NCBI GenBank assembly: GCA_030141605.1
Contig: JAQGDQ010000007.1
Span: 62,001-126,000 of the forward strand
Source: Tubiluchus corallicola
Taxonomy: Eukaryota > Animalia > Priapulida
Length of the DNA: 64,000 nucleotides
Reading direction: 5' to 3'
Below the pieces are notes generated by a model. The model was not told the DNA's origin. It was given only the letters and a program-made list of their open reading frames with translations, and did no database searches. Positions 61,201 to 64,000 of the stretch are shown one piece after another (position 1 is the first letter of the stretch; each line of letters begins with the position of its first letter). The position numbers and the translations under genes were made by a program.

Positions 61201-63114
61201 CATTTGTAATAAATTGTTAAGTACTTATCGCATGCAGCTATGCAGTAGTATACAAGCTGCAATCCTGAGTTGTCTGACTTGTAGCTCTCCCCAAAGTTTA
61301 TGAATTTCAGAAAATGCAACAGCCTAACTCAGCCAGAGTATAGCCAACCCCACTGCTTATCGGTTTTACTGAAAGGTTTGTTTGCACAGGATAAGTATGT
61401 GCAGTAGCTGGGTAAGCATTGGCAGGTGATGGGAATTCAAACAGTTGTCTAAGCATGGCACGTGCCCTATAGTGACTGCTCAGTGCTCATTGTCTGGTCA
61501 ACTGCAGCTGCCAAATTAAAAGCCCAATTACTTAGTGCGTTCACTGTACCCAAGTGTACCCATGTGCTTTGGGTAGCAGTGGACACTGGCAATTGTAGTG
61601 GCCAGTAATGTAGTTTTCTGCTTTTTCATTGGCTAATAATTATATAATAATATTATAATTTATGTTATTATAATGTTATTATATTATTATAATAATATTA
61701 TAATTATTATATATTATTTAAAACTTGACATGAAGTTTTGATTTTTTTGTAACCCAGATTATTGATTTTTCTGAACAGTCTTGTTCGATTTTGTATGACT
61801 GTATGGATTAAGTTTGTTAATAATTTAAATAGTTGAACTTTTTTCTTTGTGAAAATGTGTTTCCAAATTACAACCAACAACCTAAACATTCTTCCAAAAC
61901 TGAACATGACTGTTCAGGAAAATCAGTAACCCTATCTTCATGTCCTTACTTGCAGTATTTTAAAGAAAACATTTTTAAGTGTTTTTGTGGATTTGTGTCA
62001 GATCGCAAATAAGGCCAACAGGTCTAGTGTAGAAAATCGGAATACTGCTTGCATGGTCATCATAATGTACAACCAAATGATCAATCAAATTTTATCTGCT
62101 GTGGATAAAGTATAGTGATAATGATGATGATTACTGTGTTGACACTATTGCTTGTATTGTTGCTCGATCATTTATAATCCTTTTTTAATTTATAGGTGGC
62201 TCTCCAGCTAGCAAGACTGGATCAGTTGCCATGGTGAATGCTTCCCCTCACGATGCAGATGTCAGCACCATCTCTCCGTTGGCACTAGTGTCACCCAACG
62301 CTGTAGCTGCAGCAAATGGCAGTTCAGCCATGAATGCAAGTAGAACGTCCAGTTTTGCTGCAGCACTTCGTAAACTTGCCAAGCAAGCTGTGGAACCAAC
62401 AGGTAAATGCATAAATGTTTGAATTTAAGCTGAATTTTTCATTATTTCACATAATTTCTGCATAAAGCTTTTAACGAGCCTGTCGGCAGATGGTGGTTCC
62501 CTGGCTCAGCCTGCAAGTTTAATGATTATATTGTAAAATTGTAAATTTTAGCTGTGACATCTTTTAGATAATCATCTGAGGTACAACAGAGTTTTGTGTT
62601 TGTTACCTCGATAGGTAGATTTTGAAGCCAGAAAAGTACCAATTTTAGTTTTTCATCCAATGCTAATATGTCATCATCCAATGTCATTACTATGCCAACT
62701 AAATTTTTTTACTACACAACTAAAACTCAGACCCCCACCTGCTGTGCAAGTTGTGCGGGAAACACAGCTGCGAAAAATTGCAAGAACAAATAGACAGCAC
62801 AAATACGACTGAGAATAAGGGTCAACTAGATTGAGCCATCGAATCAATAATTTCTTTTGCGACATTTTATTGGAAAAGCGTAAATGCACGTCAGTGATTT
62901 CGAACATTACATTGTTTTGTTCTAGTTATTTGTTTAACAACAGCATTGTTTTTCCATAGATACAGAAATCAGATTGCGATCTCCGGCTTCACACCAGCCA
63001 GCAACGTCACCAAGATGCCCTCCTCCACCGATGCTGGTGTCCACCAGCCGCGCCACCAGCCACACTCCACCTGCTTTAGCCTCTGCACAAACGCACAATC
63101 CGGAATCTAGAAAG
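49269..63114 (+). CDS. GSE1: Plexus/GSE1-like nuclear protein (genetic suppressor element 1 family), 5' part; continues beyond window
   Basis: Exons: putative first exon ending 49376, then 51724-52015, 53256-55228, 56358-56469, 62196-62402, 62960-63114; phases consistent. Six repeats of CxxC...(Y/F)FP(F)L...CxxC..L..QW..YE...P...R.Y resemble Drosophila plexus-type repeats. SSFAAALRKLAKQA.EP matches the vertebrate GSE1 N-terminal motif as recalled. Start codon uncertain (49269 or 51745). Confidence 0.8.
49700..49990 (+). mobile_element. LINE 3' fragment
   Basis: YAQTQY..NSV..NAVKLYNSLPPEV, homologous to the C-terminus of the LINE ORF2 at about 9580-9720. Confidence 0.55.
50429..51028. mobile_element. 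Tc1/mariner (pogo/Tigger-type) MITE, 600 bp
   Basis: TIRs CAGTGTTCCCTC(A/G)CT at both ends; TA on the left flank, AA on the right. Confidence 0.8.
51724..52015 (+). CDS. GSE1: GSE1/plexus-like exon with C4 repeat 1
   Basis: tttgtttatag acceptor; CFVCGG..YFPFL..CSLC..QQWETYE..RLYWLKR; ATAG|GTAAG donor. Confidence 0.85.
53256..55228 (+). CDS. GSE1: GSE1/plexus-like large exon with C4 repeats 2-6
   Basis: 1973-nt open exon, tttttacag acceptor, GAG|GTAATT donor; five CxxC..CxxC..QW..YE repeats. Confidence 0.9.
57325..57464 (-). mobile_element. tRNA-derived SINE with Meta-domain-like core
   Basis: Minus strand: AGCTTAGTGGTAAGG (A box), GAGTTCGATAC (B box), then GGTCATACCAAATACTTTAAAAATGGTACC.TGC, resembling the MetaSINE core as recalled. 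Confidence 0.7.
59752..59827 (+). CDS. Probable alternative first coding exon of the GSE1-like gene (MYNLFLNGAALRHPSAVPVQFFSYP)
   Basis: ATG plus 25 codons, CCAG|GTGAGT perfect donor, phase 1 compatible with acceptor 62196; lies in a locally CpG-rich stretch (about 59350-59950). Confidence 0.55.
62196..62402 (+). CDS. GSE1: GSE1 exon with SSFAAALRKLAKQA motif
   Basis: tttatag|GT GGC..., phase 1-1, ACAG|GTAAAT donor. Confidence 0.85.
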
Positions 63115-64000
63115 GTGATGTACAAACCTTGACTGATTTGATTTACTCACAAATGTACAACCTATAATCTAGTCATGATTGACTTGACGTGTACTCGACT
63201 TTATTATTTTGTGAACGTGCAAACAAACATCTTTCTTATGCACTAAATGTTTATAATCACCTCACTCATAAGATGACAGACATAGTAGAGACTTGAGCAT
63301 CTGTATGTCCATCCAAGCATGTTAAAGACTCAATTTCAAAGACATTTGGGACCAAGAGCATGTCATCAACTTTGCTCATTCTATACAAGCTTCTTTTTTT
63401 GATCTTGGCTTGACTTTAAAAATTGGAACTTGTAGTGGATTTTGTGGCTCTTTCGCTATAAGGAATGTATATTATTTTACTAATAGCACTTTACATGGAC
63501 TTTAATCTTCCTTTTTTTGCCTTTAGGATATGCAAAAATATATGCAGAGATATGACTAAGTGACTATAAAATAATATAATTATTGAAAGATTTTTAAATT
63601 GCAACATGTTATAGGAAGCTCAAACCCATTACATGAAGAACAAACACTTTTGAAGGACATATTTCTTCGTAGGTTTCCTGTGTTCTTGTTTTTTCAGTAA
63701 CTGAACAACTTGTGCTTTTTTTGTTAGTGTATTTTTGAAGTAATTGTTTTTCATGTATTGTCACTCCTGTTAGGTTCAGGTACCCATCGTTCAGTCCTGT
63801 GTACACACATAGATTAAGCCTTACATGGCGTTAGAAGTTACTTTGATTGTAAGACATACAGGGTTGGATTATGACCTGTTGGTGCTCCTAGGATAAAGAG
63901 ACTCACCCACATCAGTTTTGATATTTTTTTTACTCTTAATGTATTTTAGTGACATTTACATAGCTTAAAGTAAAGTTGTTGCAAATTTTTTAAATAAGCT

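Overview
AT-rich metazoan (invertebrate) nuclear DNA with spliceosomal introns, microsatellites and many transposable elements. There are no prokaryotic features. Three host genes were reconstructed by hand. (1) A transglutaminase on the minus strand: 12 phase-consistent coding exons, 28275->2316, catalytic Cys/His/Asp intact, 3' end not resolved in the window, with a decayed partial tandem duplicate of exons 3-6 at 31633-34510. (2) PSMD7/Rpn8 on the plus strand: 6 exons, 36991-48059, 327 aa. Its last intron holds a complete, recently inserted BEL/Pao LTR retrotransposon (340-bp LTRs differing at one site, GGAAG TSD, iMet-type PBS). (3) The 5' part of a plexus/GSE1-like gene: six C4 zinc-binding repeats plus the GSE1 SSFAAALRKLAKQA motif, with a probable internal alternative first exon. 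The most unusual object is a near-intact CR1/L2-group LINE (4523-10026). Its ORF1 carries about five TQT-type LC8/dynein-light-chain-like motifs. Its ORF2 starts with a ~239-aa signal-peptide/multi-transmembrane region joined to endonuclease-RT through a 2A-like StopGo motif (LLLILGGIETNPGP). All calls come from manual reading; no database searches were run.
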